From Candidatus Yanofskybacteria bacterium RIFCSPLOWO2_02_FULL_45_18 (GTDB lineage Bacteria; Patescibacteriota; Minisyncoccia; 2-02-FULL-40-12; GWA2-44-9), in assembly GCA_001795795.1 (NCBI GenBank), contig MGKV01000007.1:14553-76806 (forward strand): DNA of 62,254 bases, written 5' to 3'. Positions 17,031 through 26,155 of this stretch are shown in pieces; the first letter of the stretch is position 1, and each line of letters opens with the position of its first letter. Both the position numbers and the translations under genes were made by a program. The notes below the pieces were generated by a model. The model ran no database searches, was not told where the DNA came from, and worked only from the letters and a program-made list of their open reading frames with translations.

Positions 17031-19067
17031 ATGGATTACAATCTCATCGCATTTTTTGTATCAATCGGGGCGTTGGTTTTTGCCGGTTTTCTAGCGCGCT
17101 GGGTTTTGCGGCAGGGTCAGGGAACGCCGGCGATGCAGGAAGTTGCTGGCATTATCCGTGAGGGCTCTAACGCCTTTGTTAAGCGCCAATACAAGACCAT
17201 TGCTTTAATCAGCTTGGCGTTGGCGGCGGTTCTGCTTTTGGTTTACGGGTTATCCGGCCAATGGATTCACGGCTGGCAAACGGCGGGCGCGTTCATCTTT
17301 GGCGCGGCATCGTCGGCGGTGGCCGGTATTGTGGCGATGTTCGTATCGGTCAGAGCCAATATCCGCACGGCTGGCGCCTCCCAGCACGGTCTGCCATCGG
17401 CTATGCGGGTGGCCTTTCGCGGCGGCGCCGTGTCGGGCATTATTATCGTTTCCATGAGCTTGCTGGGAATCAGTATTCTCTTTTTGATATATAACTGGCT
17501 GGGATATGATATTAAGGAAGTCCCCGGCCTGATTGTCGGTTACGGCTTCGGCGCTTCTCTGGTGGCTTTATTCGCCCAGCTGGGCGGCGGTATCTACACC
17601 AAAGCGGCGGATGTCGGCGCCGACTTGGTCGGCAAGATTGAAGCTGGCATTCCCGAAGACGATCCTCGCAATCCGGCGGTTATTGCCGATTTGGTGGGCG
17701 ACAATGTCGGCGACTGCGCGGGACGCGGCGCGGACCTTTTTGAATCAACGGCGGCCGAGAATATCGGAGCGATGATACTGGGCGTGGCGCTTTACTCCCA
17801 CTTCGGCATCAAGGGGATAATGTTCCCGCTGGTGTTGAGGGCGTTTGGTCTGGCGGCAACGGTTATCGGTATTTTCAGCGCCAGTTCCAAGCATAACGAG
17901 AATCCGATGAAAAGCTTGAACCGAGGTTATTGGGTTACCAGCGCTCTGGCGGCGGTTGCCTTCTATTTCATCACTAAAAATATGCTGGGCAATATGTGGT
18001 TCTTTCTGGCCGGTATCGTGGGTCTTTTTACTTCCGTTATTTTTGTATATATCGCCCAATACTATACCGAATCGCGCTATCGGCCAGTGAAAGAGATTGC
18101 CAAGGCATCTACCACCGGCCATGGCACCAATGTTATCGCCGGTTACGCGGTGGGCCTTGAATCAACCGGCTTGACGATAATTACGATTGCGGGCGCCCTG
18201 CTTCTTTCGTTCTGGATTGGCGTGAAAAGTGGCATTCCCAACGGCGGACTTTACGGCACGGCGGTGGCAACGATGGGTATGCTGGCAACGGCGGCTTATG
18301 TTCTGGCAATGGATGTGTTTGGCCCGATCACCGATAACGCCGGCGGCATTGTGGAGATGTCGCATTCGTCGGAAGAGGTTCGCAAAACAACTGATGTGCT
18401 TGACGCGGCGGGTAATACGACCAAAGCATTGACCAAGGGCTATGCCATTGGTTCGGCGGCACTGGCGGCGTTTTTGCTGTTCTCGGCATATCTTGAGGAG
18501 GCGCGCATAACCTCGGTTGACTTGGCCAAAGTTCCGGTATTCGTCGGAGCGCTGATCGGCGGGATGCTGGTGTTTCTTTTCAGTTCTTTGGCTATCCGCG
18601 CTGTCGGCAAGGCGGCTTACTATATCATTAACGATGTGCGGGCGCAGTTCAAAGAAAAGCCGGGAATTATGGCCGGCACCGAAAAACCTGATTACGGGCG
18701 AGCGGTGGACATTACTACTCGTGGGGCCTTAAGAGAAATGGTTTTGCCGGGAGCTCTGGCGGTAGTAGTGCCGATTGCGGTGGGAATAACGCTGAAAGCC
18801 GAGGCGGAAGCGGGGTTTTTGATGGTTGGCACGATTGCCGGTATTTTGATGGCGACATTGATGAACAACGCCGGCGGAGCGTGGGACAATGCCAAAAAGT
18901 ATATTGAATCCGGCGTGTACGGCGGCAAGCGCAGTCCGGCGCATCAGGCGGCCGTTACCGGCGATACCGTCGGCGATCCGTTCAAGGACACCGCCGGCCC
19001 GTCCTTGCACGTGCTCATTAAGTTGTTAAGCACGCTGACATTGGCTTTGGCGGTATTGTTCAGGTAG
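17031..19067 (+). CDS. hppA: Membrane-bound H+-translocating pyrophosphatase, K+-independent type
   Basis: GGGIYTKAADVGADLVGK, EDDPRN, DNVGD; GNTTKA (Lys marks the K+-independent class). Confidence 0.95.
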   Translation: MDYNLIAFFVSIGALVFAGFLARWVLRQGQGTPAMQEVAGIIREGSNAFVKRQYKTIALISLALAAVLLLVYGLSGQWIHGWQTAGAFIFGAASSAVAGIVAMFVSVRANIRTAGASQHGLPSAMRVAFRGGAVSGIIIVSMSLLGISILFLIYNWLGYDIKEVPGLIVGYGFGASLVALFAQLGGGIYTKAADVGADLVGKIEAGIPEDDPRNPAVIADLVGDNVGDCAGRGADLFESTAAENIGAMILGVALYSHFGIKGIMFPLVLRAFGLAATVIGIFSASSKHNENPMKSLNRGYWVTSALAAVAFYFITKNMLGNMWFFLAGIVGLFTSVIFVYIAQYYTESRYRPVKEIAKASTTGHGTNVIAGYAVGLESTGLTIITIAGALLLSFWIGVKSGIPNGGLYGTAVATMGMLATAAYVLAMDVFGPITDNAGGIVEMSHSSEEVRKTTDVLDAAGNTTKALTKGYAIGSAALAAFLLFSAYLEEARITSVDLAKVPVFVGALIGGMLVFLFSSLAIRAVGKAAYYIINDVRAQFKEKPGIMAGTEKPDYGRAVDITTRGALREMVLPGALAVVVPIAVGITLKAEAEAGFLMVGTIAGILMATLMNNAGGAWDNAKKYIESGVYGGKRSPAHQAAVTGDTVGDPFKDTAGPSLHVLIKLLSTLTLALAVLFR

Positions 19068-19133
19068 TTAAACTTTCTCGCAAAAAACCGCGGAGCCCCA
19101 AATTTTACGGATCTGACCGTGGTTTTTTTGTTG

Positions 19134-19212
19134 CCCCGTTAGAAGTCCGGCCTGCTTTTAAGCATGGCCGGCAGGCAATCTGCCTTCGGCAGGCGCATTA
19201 CTTCTAACGGGG
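19134..19212. mobile_element. MITE-like element, CCCGTTAGA...TCTAACGGG family, copy 1
   Basis: 13-bp perfect terminal IR CCCCGTTAGAAGT/ACTTCTAACGGGG with internal hairpins. Confidence 0.65.
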
Positions 19213-19277
19213 TTGTCCACAAACACCCCGTATTGCGTTTTTGCGGGAATGGTATAATGAGAGAGCGAATAAATTTT

Positions 19278-20018
19278 ATGGTGAAGGTTGCACAAATTAG
19301 GGACATAATGACGGCGAAGGTATTAACGGTAAAAGACACCGATACTTTAGATTACGTGGCCGGTCTTTTTGAAAAATACGACTATGACGGTTTGCCGGTA
19401 GTAGATTCGGGCGGAGTACTCAAGGGGATAATCACCGCCTATGATATGGTGGTGCAAAGTTCAGGTATGCACCTGCCGACGCTTTTCAACATCATGGACC
19501 AGATATCCGTTGATAAAGCCGACAAGGCGGCGCTAGAGGGGCACTTCAACAAATTAAAAACGGTTAAGGCCAGCGAAATTATGAACTCCAATCCCCTAAC
19601 CGTAAAGCCGGAAACTTTGGTTGAAGAAGCGGCTAAAGAGTTTGCCCAGCATCACAAAGTGAATCCTATTGTAGTGGTGGATGCCAACGGCAAACTGGCT
19701 GGCGTGGTCAGCCGTTATGACATTATCCGTTTTTTCAACGAAAAATATTTCAATCGTATTTTAGAAGCGACCGGCCACACGAATGTTTTGCAAGGCTTGG
19801 CGCGAGCCAATGTTGAGAAAGAAGTCCAGTCCACCGTAGGCGCGCTGGGCCAGTTTTTGCTGGTAGGTAAAATTCGTCCGCGCATCTGGAAGATCATAGC
19901 AATTTCCGCGTTTATCGCCGGATTTATCGGTTCAATGGCGCTAATTATCAGAATTGTCAAAAAATCCAGCCAAGAAGGTTATAATTACAAAGTAAAAATA
20001 GCCGAAAGGCTTTTATGA
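19278..20018 (+). CDS. CBS-domain pair protein with C-terminal TM
   Basis: RDIMT...LPVVD..G.LKGIIT and EIMN...VVVDANGKLAGVVSRYD. Confidence 0.88.
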   Translation: MVKVAQIRDIMTAKVLTVKDTDTLDYVAGLFEKYDYDGLPVVDSGGVLKGIITAYDMVVQSSGMHLPTLFNIMDQISVDKADKAALEGHFNKLKTVKASEIMNSNPLTVKPETLVEEAAKEFAQHHKVNPIVVVDANGKLAGVVSRYDIIRFFNEKYFNRILEATGHTNVLQGLARANVEKEVQSTVGALGQFLLVGKIRPRIWKIIAISAFIAGFIGSMALIIRIVKKSSQEGYNYKVKIAERLL

Positions 20019-20031
20019 AGGGAGGTGCGTA

Positions 20032-20715
20032 ATGGAAGATAAAGTTTTGGCATCGGACATAGTTAGGACATCATTGATTACGCTGTGGAGCAATGTAGCG
20101 GCTTTTTTACCGCGGCTCATCGCGGCCATCGTGGTATTTATCATCGGATGGTTAATAGCCATGCTTTTGGCTAAAGTAGCGTATCATTTGGTCAAGGTCC
20201 TGCGTCTTGATAACGCTTTGACCAAAGTTGGTTTCAGGCGCGCGGTGGAGAAAAGCGGCTTAAATTTGGATAGTCCCAAGTTTTTCTACGAACTGGTCAA
20301 GTGGTTCTTCATGATAGTATTCTTGATGGCGGCGACTAACATTCTGGGCCTTTCCGAGGTTACGGTGTTTCTACAAAAAATCGTCCTTTATATCCCCAAT
20401 GTGATAGTGGCGGCGGCGGTGTTACTAATCGGTATTTTGCTGGCCAATTTCCTGGAAGGATTTGTGGTTGCGTCAGTAAAAGCGGCTGGTTTGGCATCAG
20501 CCAATCTTTTGGGGCTGTTAACCAAGTGGGCGGTATTCATTTTTTCACTTCTAGTGGCCTTGAGCCAGCTGAATGTGGCAGATTATATCATTAACACCCT
20601 GATCACCGGATTTGTTGCCGCGACCGCTTTGGCGTTAGGATTGTCATTCGGTCTTGGCGGAGCCAAGCATGCCGATGAAATGATAGGCCAGCTTAAGAAG
20701 AAAATAGGGGAATAG
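20032..20715 (+). CDS. TM-helix repeat membrane protein (MscS/CmpX-like)
   Basis: FLPRLIAA / YIPNVIVAA repeats, ALGLSFGLGG; GGAGGT RBS. Confidence 0.85.
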   Translation: MEDKVLASDIVRTSLITLWSNVAAFLPRLIAAIVVFIIGWLIAMLLAKVAYHLVKVLRLDNALTKVGFRRAVEKSGLNLDSPKFFYELVKWFFMIVFLMAATNILGLSEVTVFLQKIVLYIPNVIVAAAVLLIGILLANFLEGFVVASVKAAGLASANLLGLLTKWAVFIFSLLVALSQLNVADYIINTLITGFVAATALALGLSFGLGGAKHADEMIGQLKKKIGE

Positions 20716-20722
20716 ATATTTC

Positions 20723-20758
20723 AATCAAAAACATCCGCCGCGGCGGATGTTTTTGATT
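20723..20758. terminator. Bidirectional terminator (perfect 36-bp palindrome)
   Basis: AATCAAAAACATCCGCCG|CGGCGGATGTTTTTGATT between convergent genes. Confidence 0.8.
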
Positions 20759-20769
20759 CTAACTGATGT

Positions 20770-21339
20770 TTAGAGTCGGACGGTTTCCAACAATCTTTCG
20801 TAGATTTCTTTGAACAGGCGCGATATGGCTTCGGTTTCTTTCTTGGTAAATTTGGATAGCACAAAATCCCGCACGAGAATATTCCGCTTTGCATCCGACA
20901 GTGAACGAGCTTTTTTAAGCGTGGAGTTGGCAAGGCCGATGCGGATTCTGTAAAATTCTTTGCTTTTGACCGCTTTCATTACCGACCCCACTCCTTTGTG
21001 ACCGCCGGAACTTTTGCCAAAAGAAATTTTAAAATAACCGAAAGGGATATCCAAATCATCGTGAATCAAAATTAAATCAGTCGGCTTGATCTTCAGGAAA
21101 GTTTTAATCTTGGCGGCTGATTCCCCGCTTTTGTTTACGTAAGTATGCGGTTTGGCCAGCAAGACAGCGACTTTGTCTATTTTGCCCTTAACAGCTGAAG
21201 CATTAAATTTTTTCTCAAATTCAAAATCCGGACTGTCAATTTTTTTAGCCAGATAATCCAAGAATTGAAAACCGATATTATGTCGCGTATTTTGATATTC
21301 CGGGTCGGGATTGCCCAGACCAATGATGAGTTTGATCAT
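20770..21339 (-). CDS. pth: Peptidyl-tRNA hydrolase
   Basis: IGLGNP, TRHNIG, HDDLD, SSGGHKG. Confidence 0.95.
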   Translation of the reverse strand: MIKLIIGLGNPDPEYQNTRHNIGFQFLDYLAKKIDSPDFEFEKKFNASAVKGKIDKVAVLLAKPHTYVNKSGESAAKIKTFLKIKPTDLILIHDDLDIPFGYFKISFGKSSGGHKGVGSVMKAVKSKEFYRIRIGLANSTLKKARSLSDAKRNILVRDFVLSKFTKKETEAISRLFKEIYERLLETVRL

Positions 21340-21441
21340 GAGGTAAGTATAAAGTAGCAAGTATAAAGTAGCAAGCGGCACAAAGAGCAAACTACATATT
21401 GAAGTAACGCCGATTTTGTGATATCCTAAAAATAATCTTTT

Positions 21442-22053
21442 ATGGACAATAGCATTAATCAGGAGCCAAAAAATAATATCTGGGGTTTGAATTTGCGCCG
21501 CGATGTCGCTTTATTTGTTTGGGAAACGGTTAAAATCATCCTAATCTCGCTTGCAATAATTCTGCCGATAAGGTATTATCTAGTCCAACCGTTTTTTGTC
21601 AAGGGCCAGTCAATGGAGGATAATTTTCAAGATGGCGACTATCTAGTGGTTGATGAAATAGGCTACCGACTGCATTCCCCTAAAAGGGGGGATGTGGTAA
21701 TTTTCCACTATCCCGGAGACCCCAGCCAATTTTATATTAAACGGATTATCGGTTTGCCCGGTGAAACGGTGAAAATAGAGAATAATCAGGTGGTTATTTA
21801 TAACGAACAGTATAAGGAGGGGTTGATTTTAAAAGAAGATTACTTAGCCGATTATCAACGCACGGATCATGGTTTGAGAATGCAAGTTGGCGCAAACGAA
21901 TTCTTTGTTCTGGGCGATAACAGGCTTCAAAGTTCCGATTCAAGATATTGGGGAGCGGTGCCCAAAAAACTCATTGTGGGCAGAGCACTGCTTCGCCTTT
22001 GGCCGTTAGACAAGATTATTAAGGTGCCGGGCGTAAATTATATATCCAACTAA
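21442..22053 (+). CDS. lepB: Signal peptidase I
   Basis: GQSM, RGDVVIF, YIKRIIGLPGE, GDNR..SSDSR. Confidence 0.95.
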   Translation: MDNSINQEPKNNIWGLNLRRDVALFVWETVKIILISLAIILPIRYYLVQPFFVKGQSMEDNFQDGDYLVVDEIGYRLHSPKRGDVVIFHYPGDPSQFYIKRIIGLPGETVKIENNQVVIYNEQYKEGLILKEDYLADYQRTDHGLRMQVGANEFFVLGDNRLQSSDSRYWGAVPKKLIVGRALLRLWPLDKIIKVPGVNYISN

Positions 22054-22070
22054 TAGAGCTCTCGCCGAAC

Positions 22071-23357
22071 ATGGGCCGAACAAAAAAATCCAAAATTTTT
22101 CAGGCGCAGCGCGGTATGCACGATATTCTGCCGGAGGGGCAGAAATATTGGCATTATGTTTTGAAAAAAGCTGAATCCCTGATCGAAGATTATGGTTTTG
22201 AAAAAATAGAAACCCCCATTCTTGAATCTACCGGCCTTTTTTTGCGCGGGACGGGGGAGACCACTGATATCGTTGAAAAAGAAATGTACAGTTTTATGGC
22301 CAAGGGCGGCGACGACCTGACCCTGCGTCCGGAAAACACGCCGGGCGTTGTCAGGGCGTATCTTGAAAATGGCATGTCAGTTAGGCCTCACCCGATCAAA
22401 CTCTATTATTTTGGCCCGATGTTCCGTCACGACAAGCCCCAACAGGGCCGTTATCGGCAATTTTACCAGCTTGGGCTTGAAACGCTGGGCGATGACTCCC
22501 AAGCCGCCGATGCGGAGCTTATTTTTATCGGCCACAAACTTCTGGAGAGCTTTGGCCTTAAAAATCACAGCGTCCAGATTAACTCAATCGGCGACCAAAA
22601 TTGCCGCCCCGCCTATGTGAGAGCTTTACGGGACTATTACAAGATACAACTGAAAAAAGTTTGCGTTGATTGTCGCAACCGTTTTAAGAAAAATGTTTTG
22701 CGCATGCTGGACTGCAAAGAGGAGGGATGCCAGGGTATCAAAAAAGACGCGCCACAGATGATGGATTTTTTGGATGATGACTGCAAAGCTCATTTCAAAC
22801 ACGTCCTTGAATTTCTTGATGAGGCCAGAGTTCCTTATATGCTCAACCCCCATTTGGTAAGAGGTCTAGATTATTATACTCGCACAGTTTTTGAATTTAC
22901 TCCTGACGATAACCCCAGCGATGCTATCATTGCGGGCGGGCGCTATGACCGTTTGGTGGATCTTTTGGGGGGGCGCAAAACGCCGGCCACCGGCTGGGCG
23001 ATGGGTGTTGAGAGAGTCATTCTGGCAATTAAAGACAAAAATATAAATGTTCCCGAAGCGCAGTCCAAACCCAAGGTTTTCTTGGTACAACTGGGCGATG
23101 CCGCCAAGCGTAAAAGCCTCCTTTTGTTTGAAAGTTTGCGGGAGGCGGGAATTGATACCAAATCCTCAATTTCCCGGGACAGCATTAAGTCACAGTTGAG
23201 GATTGCTCACCGTCTAGGTGTGCGCTTCTCGCTTATTTTCGGCCAGAAAGAAGCTATTGATGGCACGGTGATTTTGAAAGAGATGGATACTGGAATTCAG
23301 GAAACGATTCCGCTGGAGAAGATAGTGGAGGAGATAAAAAAACGATTGAAGAAATGA
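22071..23357 (+). CDS. hisS: Histidine--tRNA ligase
   Basis: RGMHD, LRPE, GRYRQFYQ, LVRGLDYY, GGRYD. Confidence 0.97.
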   Translation: MGRTKKSKIFQAQRGMHDILPEGQKYWHYVLKKAESLIEDYGFEKIETPILESTGLFLRGTGETTDIVEKEMYSFMAKGGDDLTLRPENTPGVVRAYLENGMSVRPHPIKLYYFGPMFRHDKPQQGRYRQFYQLGLETLGDDSQAADAELIFIGHKLLESFGLKNHSVQINSIGDQNCRPAYVRALRDYYKIQLKKVCVDCRNRFKKNVLRMLDCKEEGCQGIKKDAPQMMDFLDDDCKAHFKHVLEFLDEARVPYMLNPHLVRGLDYYTRTVFEFTPDDNPSDAIIAGGRYDRLVDLLGGRKTPATGWAMGVERVILAIKDKNINVPEAQSKPKVFLVQLGDAAKRKSLLLFESLREAGIDTKSSISRDSIKSQLRIAHRLGVRFSLIFGQKEAIDGTVILKEMDTGIQETIPLEKIVEEIKKRLKK

Positions 23358-23701
23358 TCTCGGATGTTTTCTGCAAAATCATAAACGGCGAACTGCCGGC
23401 GGAGAGAGTTTTTGAAGATGACGATTATCTAGTGGTTAAAGACATAAATCCGGTTGCGCCAGTGCATTGGCTGATTATGCCCAAAAAGCATTTTGAAAAG
23501 CTAGACGATTTTGGCAAAAAGGATGTGGAACTTTTAGGCGGGGCGTTGCGGTTAGCCGATAAGCTGGCGCATGAACGGGGCCTGTTGAAAGGTTACCGGC
23601 TGATAATCAACGAAGGCGAGGATGGGGGCAAACTGGTGCCGCATTTGCACATACACTTGCTGGGAGGGAAACGTTTGGGACAAAAGATCGTCCAAGACTA
23701 A
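23354..23701 (+). CDS. HIT-family nucleotide-binding protein
   Basis: FCKII, DINP.AP.H, HLHIHLLGG. Confidence 0.95.
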   Translation: MISDVFCKIINGELPAERVFEDDDYLVVKDINPVAPVHWLIMPKKHFEKLDDFGKKDVELLGGALRLADKLAHERGLLKGYRLIINEGEDGGKLVPHLHIHLLGGKRLGQKIVQD

Positions 23702-23771
23702 ATTGGAAATTGATAATTATCGACTGACCCGCCTTCGCCAAGGCTTCGGCGGGCAAGGAAGGAGGATTTAT

Positions 23772-24038
23772 ATGGTAGAAGTCCGTAGAAAACAAAATGA
23801 ATCCATCGGTGGCTTGATGCGCCGTTTCAACCGCTTGGTCCAATCAAGCGGAGTTTTGCTTAAGGCCAAAAAGTCGCGGTTTCATCAGAAAAAAAAGAAC
23901 GAGCGTAAAGAGAAAAATGCGGCCATTATGGGCATGCATTTGTCCGCCTTACGCAAACATCTTGAAAAGCTTGGCAAATACGACGACGAAACGTTTGAGG
24001 AAGAGAAGCGTAAAATGAAGCAGGAACTGGGGCTATAG
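23772..24038 (+). CDS. rpsU: Ribosomal protein bS21-like
   Basis: VEVRRKQNES...LMRRFNR; GGAGG RBS; HIT-rpsU-yqeY synteny. Confidence 0.78.
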   Translation: MVEVRRKQNESIGGLMRRFNRLVQSSGVLLKAKKSRFHQKKKNERKEKNAAIMGMHLSALRKHLEKLGKYDDETFEEEKRKMKQELGL

Positions 24039-24130
24039 AAATTTACATTTTCCATTTTCCAATTCCCAATGAATTCTCAATGTAACATTGGCTCATTGTA
24101 AAATTGAATGGGAATTGATAATTGGTAATT

Positions 24131-24619
24131 ATGCTCAAAAACCAACTCAAGGAAGACGTGAAGATCGCCATGAAATCGGGCGATACGGTGATGCGAGGGA
24201 CGATTGCCATGTTAAACGCGGTGATTAAAAACCGCGAACTTGAAAAACGCGGTAAACTTATGAAAGCGGGCGGCGATGCCGCGACCGTTGAATCCGAGAG
24301 CCAGCTTAATGACGAGGAGGTCGTCGAAGTTATTTCTTCGGAAATTAAGAAAAGGAAGGAAGCGATGGAAACATTCAAAGTTGGAGGACGGCCCGAACTT
24401 GCCGAAAACGAGCAAAAAGAGCTTGCCGTTTTGATGCGTTATATGCCCGAACAGATGTCGGAAGACCAAATCCGCGAGGAAGTGAAGAAGGTTATCGTTG
24501 AGACAGGTGTGACTATCAAAGAAATGGGCAAGGCCATCGGCGCGGTAATGGCCAAATTAAAAGGTAAAGCCGACGGCACAGTCGTCTCGCGTATTGTCAA
24601 AGAAGAATTGTCAAAGTAG
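24131..24619 (+). CDS. GatB/YqeY domain protein
   Basis: LKEDVKIAMKS, EIKKRKEA, YMPEQMSE, MGKAIG...KGKADG. Confidence 0.92.
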   Translation: MLKNQLKEDVKIAMKSGDTVMRGTIAMLNAVIKNRELEKRGKLMKAGGDAATVESESQLNDEEVVEVISSEIKKRKEAMETFKVGGRPELAENEQKELAVLMRYMPEQMSEDQIREEVKKVIVETGVTIKEMGKAIGAVMAKLKGKADGTVVSRIVKEELSK

Positions 24620-24630
24620 AACACTCCAGC

Positions 24631-24677
24631 AAAAAAGGCGGTGTCCTTGAAGAAATAAAGGACTAACCGCCTTTTTT
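24631..24677 (+). terminator. Intrinsic terminator after yqeY
   Basis: AAAAAAGGCGG...CCGCCTTTTTT. Confidence 0.65.
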
Positions 24678-24991
24678 GTCTTTCAGATTTGGCCGATTTC
24701 TTTGTCGCCAGCTCCAGGCCTCATTCACCGTACAGTCAGTACGGCTCATTTCGGGCTTCGCTTTCTCCTCGAACTCGGCCAACCTGGAGAGTTTTATCTT
24801 ATAAATAATGACATCACAACTCTTATTTAGCGTTTAGCGAAAGGCGCTTTTTGTATGTATCTACAAATATGAATATATTTGGTATAATCATATATAGTTA
24901 GCATGGAGACTAACTTTAGTCTTCAGGCATTTTGAAAAAACATTGATTCGCTATCCCTTTTGGGGATAGCGCTCACTAAGGAGGTAAACTT

Positions 24992-25485
24992 ATGAGCAAA
25001 GATAGTGGTTCTTTTGGGCAAGCTGGCCACTTGTTGACATTGGTGGATCAGCCGCAACTTTCAACCGAGCAAATCCAGATCCTTGAAGGTAGCGGACATT
25101 TCACAGACCTGCTGCGAGCAATCAAGTTAGGAATCCTTTCAGAAAGGGAGACTGCTCAAAGAAGTCAACGAAATCGGTGTAGTTCTCGGATAGCAAATCG
25201 TGCTTCTGATATGTTTTCAGAACGAAATGACCGCGAAGCCCGTCAAAGGGAGGAAATATGTCTTTAGTGATGAGCACACCGCATGAGTCGGTCGGCTGGC
25301 TGGGGAGTTATGGAACACAGGTTGTGATATATGAGTGTGATGCTTCCAATCACACTTGCCATCGTCAGATCTCCGAATTCCTCAAATGTGAGTTTAAAGA
25401 AGGCCAGTCAGACGAAAAAAGCAGTATTATTAAATATAAGCGTCCGGTCAGAGGTTATCCGGAACGCCTCGCTGACAAGACTTGA
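24992..25485 (+). pseudogene. Probable degraded accessory gene (two short overlapping ORFs)
   Basis: AAGGAGGT RBS and TGGTATAAT upstream; protein-like first ~50 aa, then frames break. Confidence 0.4.
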
Positions 25486-25564
25486 GAAATCACGCGATTT
25501 TTCAAGTCTTTTTTATTTTGATAAGATATCCGTAGTCAAATTAATTTCTAATTCTTAACTTCTA

Positions 25565-26056
25565 ATGGCTAACATTGATTTAGTTTTCCGCAACAAAATC
25601 GAAGATAAAAGGTGGGAGCAGGACTTTTTTGAGAAAATTATTAAGACCGCTCTAGCGGTTTTGAAGCGACCAGTGGCCAGCGACCAGCGACAAGTTTATT
25701 TGAGTATAAATTTAATAGATGAAGCCGAGATTCGGAAGCTCAATAAAAAATATCGTGGCAAAAACAAACCGACAGATGTGCTTTCCTTTGGGATGGAGGA
25801 TAATTTAAGGAAATCCCTCGACAAGCTCGGGATGAATAAATCCCCAATTGATCTTGGGGATTTATTCATATGCTTATCCATTGCCAAAAAGGAGGCAAAG
25901 GAGGAAAATATAAGCATGGAGCGTAAGCTCGCGTGGTTAACCGTCCACGGATTTTTGCATTTGGTTGGCTACGATCACGAGGGGTCTAAATGCGATGCCA
26001 CAAAGATGGTTACATTGGAAAAAAAGGTTTTGAAAGCACTTGAGGTTGAAATGTAA
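25565..26056 (+). CDS. ybeY: rRNA maturation endoribonuclease YbeY (two short inserts)
   Basis: LNKKYRGKNKPTDVLSF, LGD, HGFLHLVGYDH. Confidence 0.95.
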   Translation: MANIDLVFRNKIEDKRWEQDFFEKIIKTALAVLKRPVASDQRQVYLSINLIDEAEIRKLNKKYRGKNKPTDVLSFGMEDNLRKSLDKLGMNKSPIDLGDLFICLSIAKKEAKEENISMERKLAWLTVHGFLHLVGYDHEGSKCDATKMVTLEKKVLKALEVEM

Positions 26057-26155
26057 AATTGAAATATCAAAATGCAAAATTCAGGTTATTCAAAATTGGA
26101 AGCCAATTTTGAATTTCAATAATTTTTATTTTTGATTTTTAAATTTTAAATTTGT

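Noticed and set aside
23622..23771. Long N-terminal extensions in the ORF track (rpsU, also 19164, 33433, 50498, 51864, 53385, 57731)
   Set aside because: They read through repeat elements or leaders; RBS position and conserved N-termini point to downstream starts.
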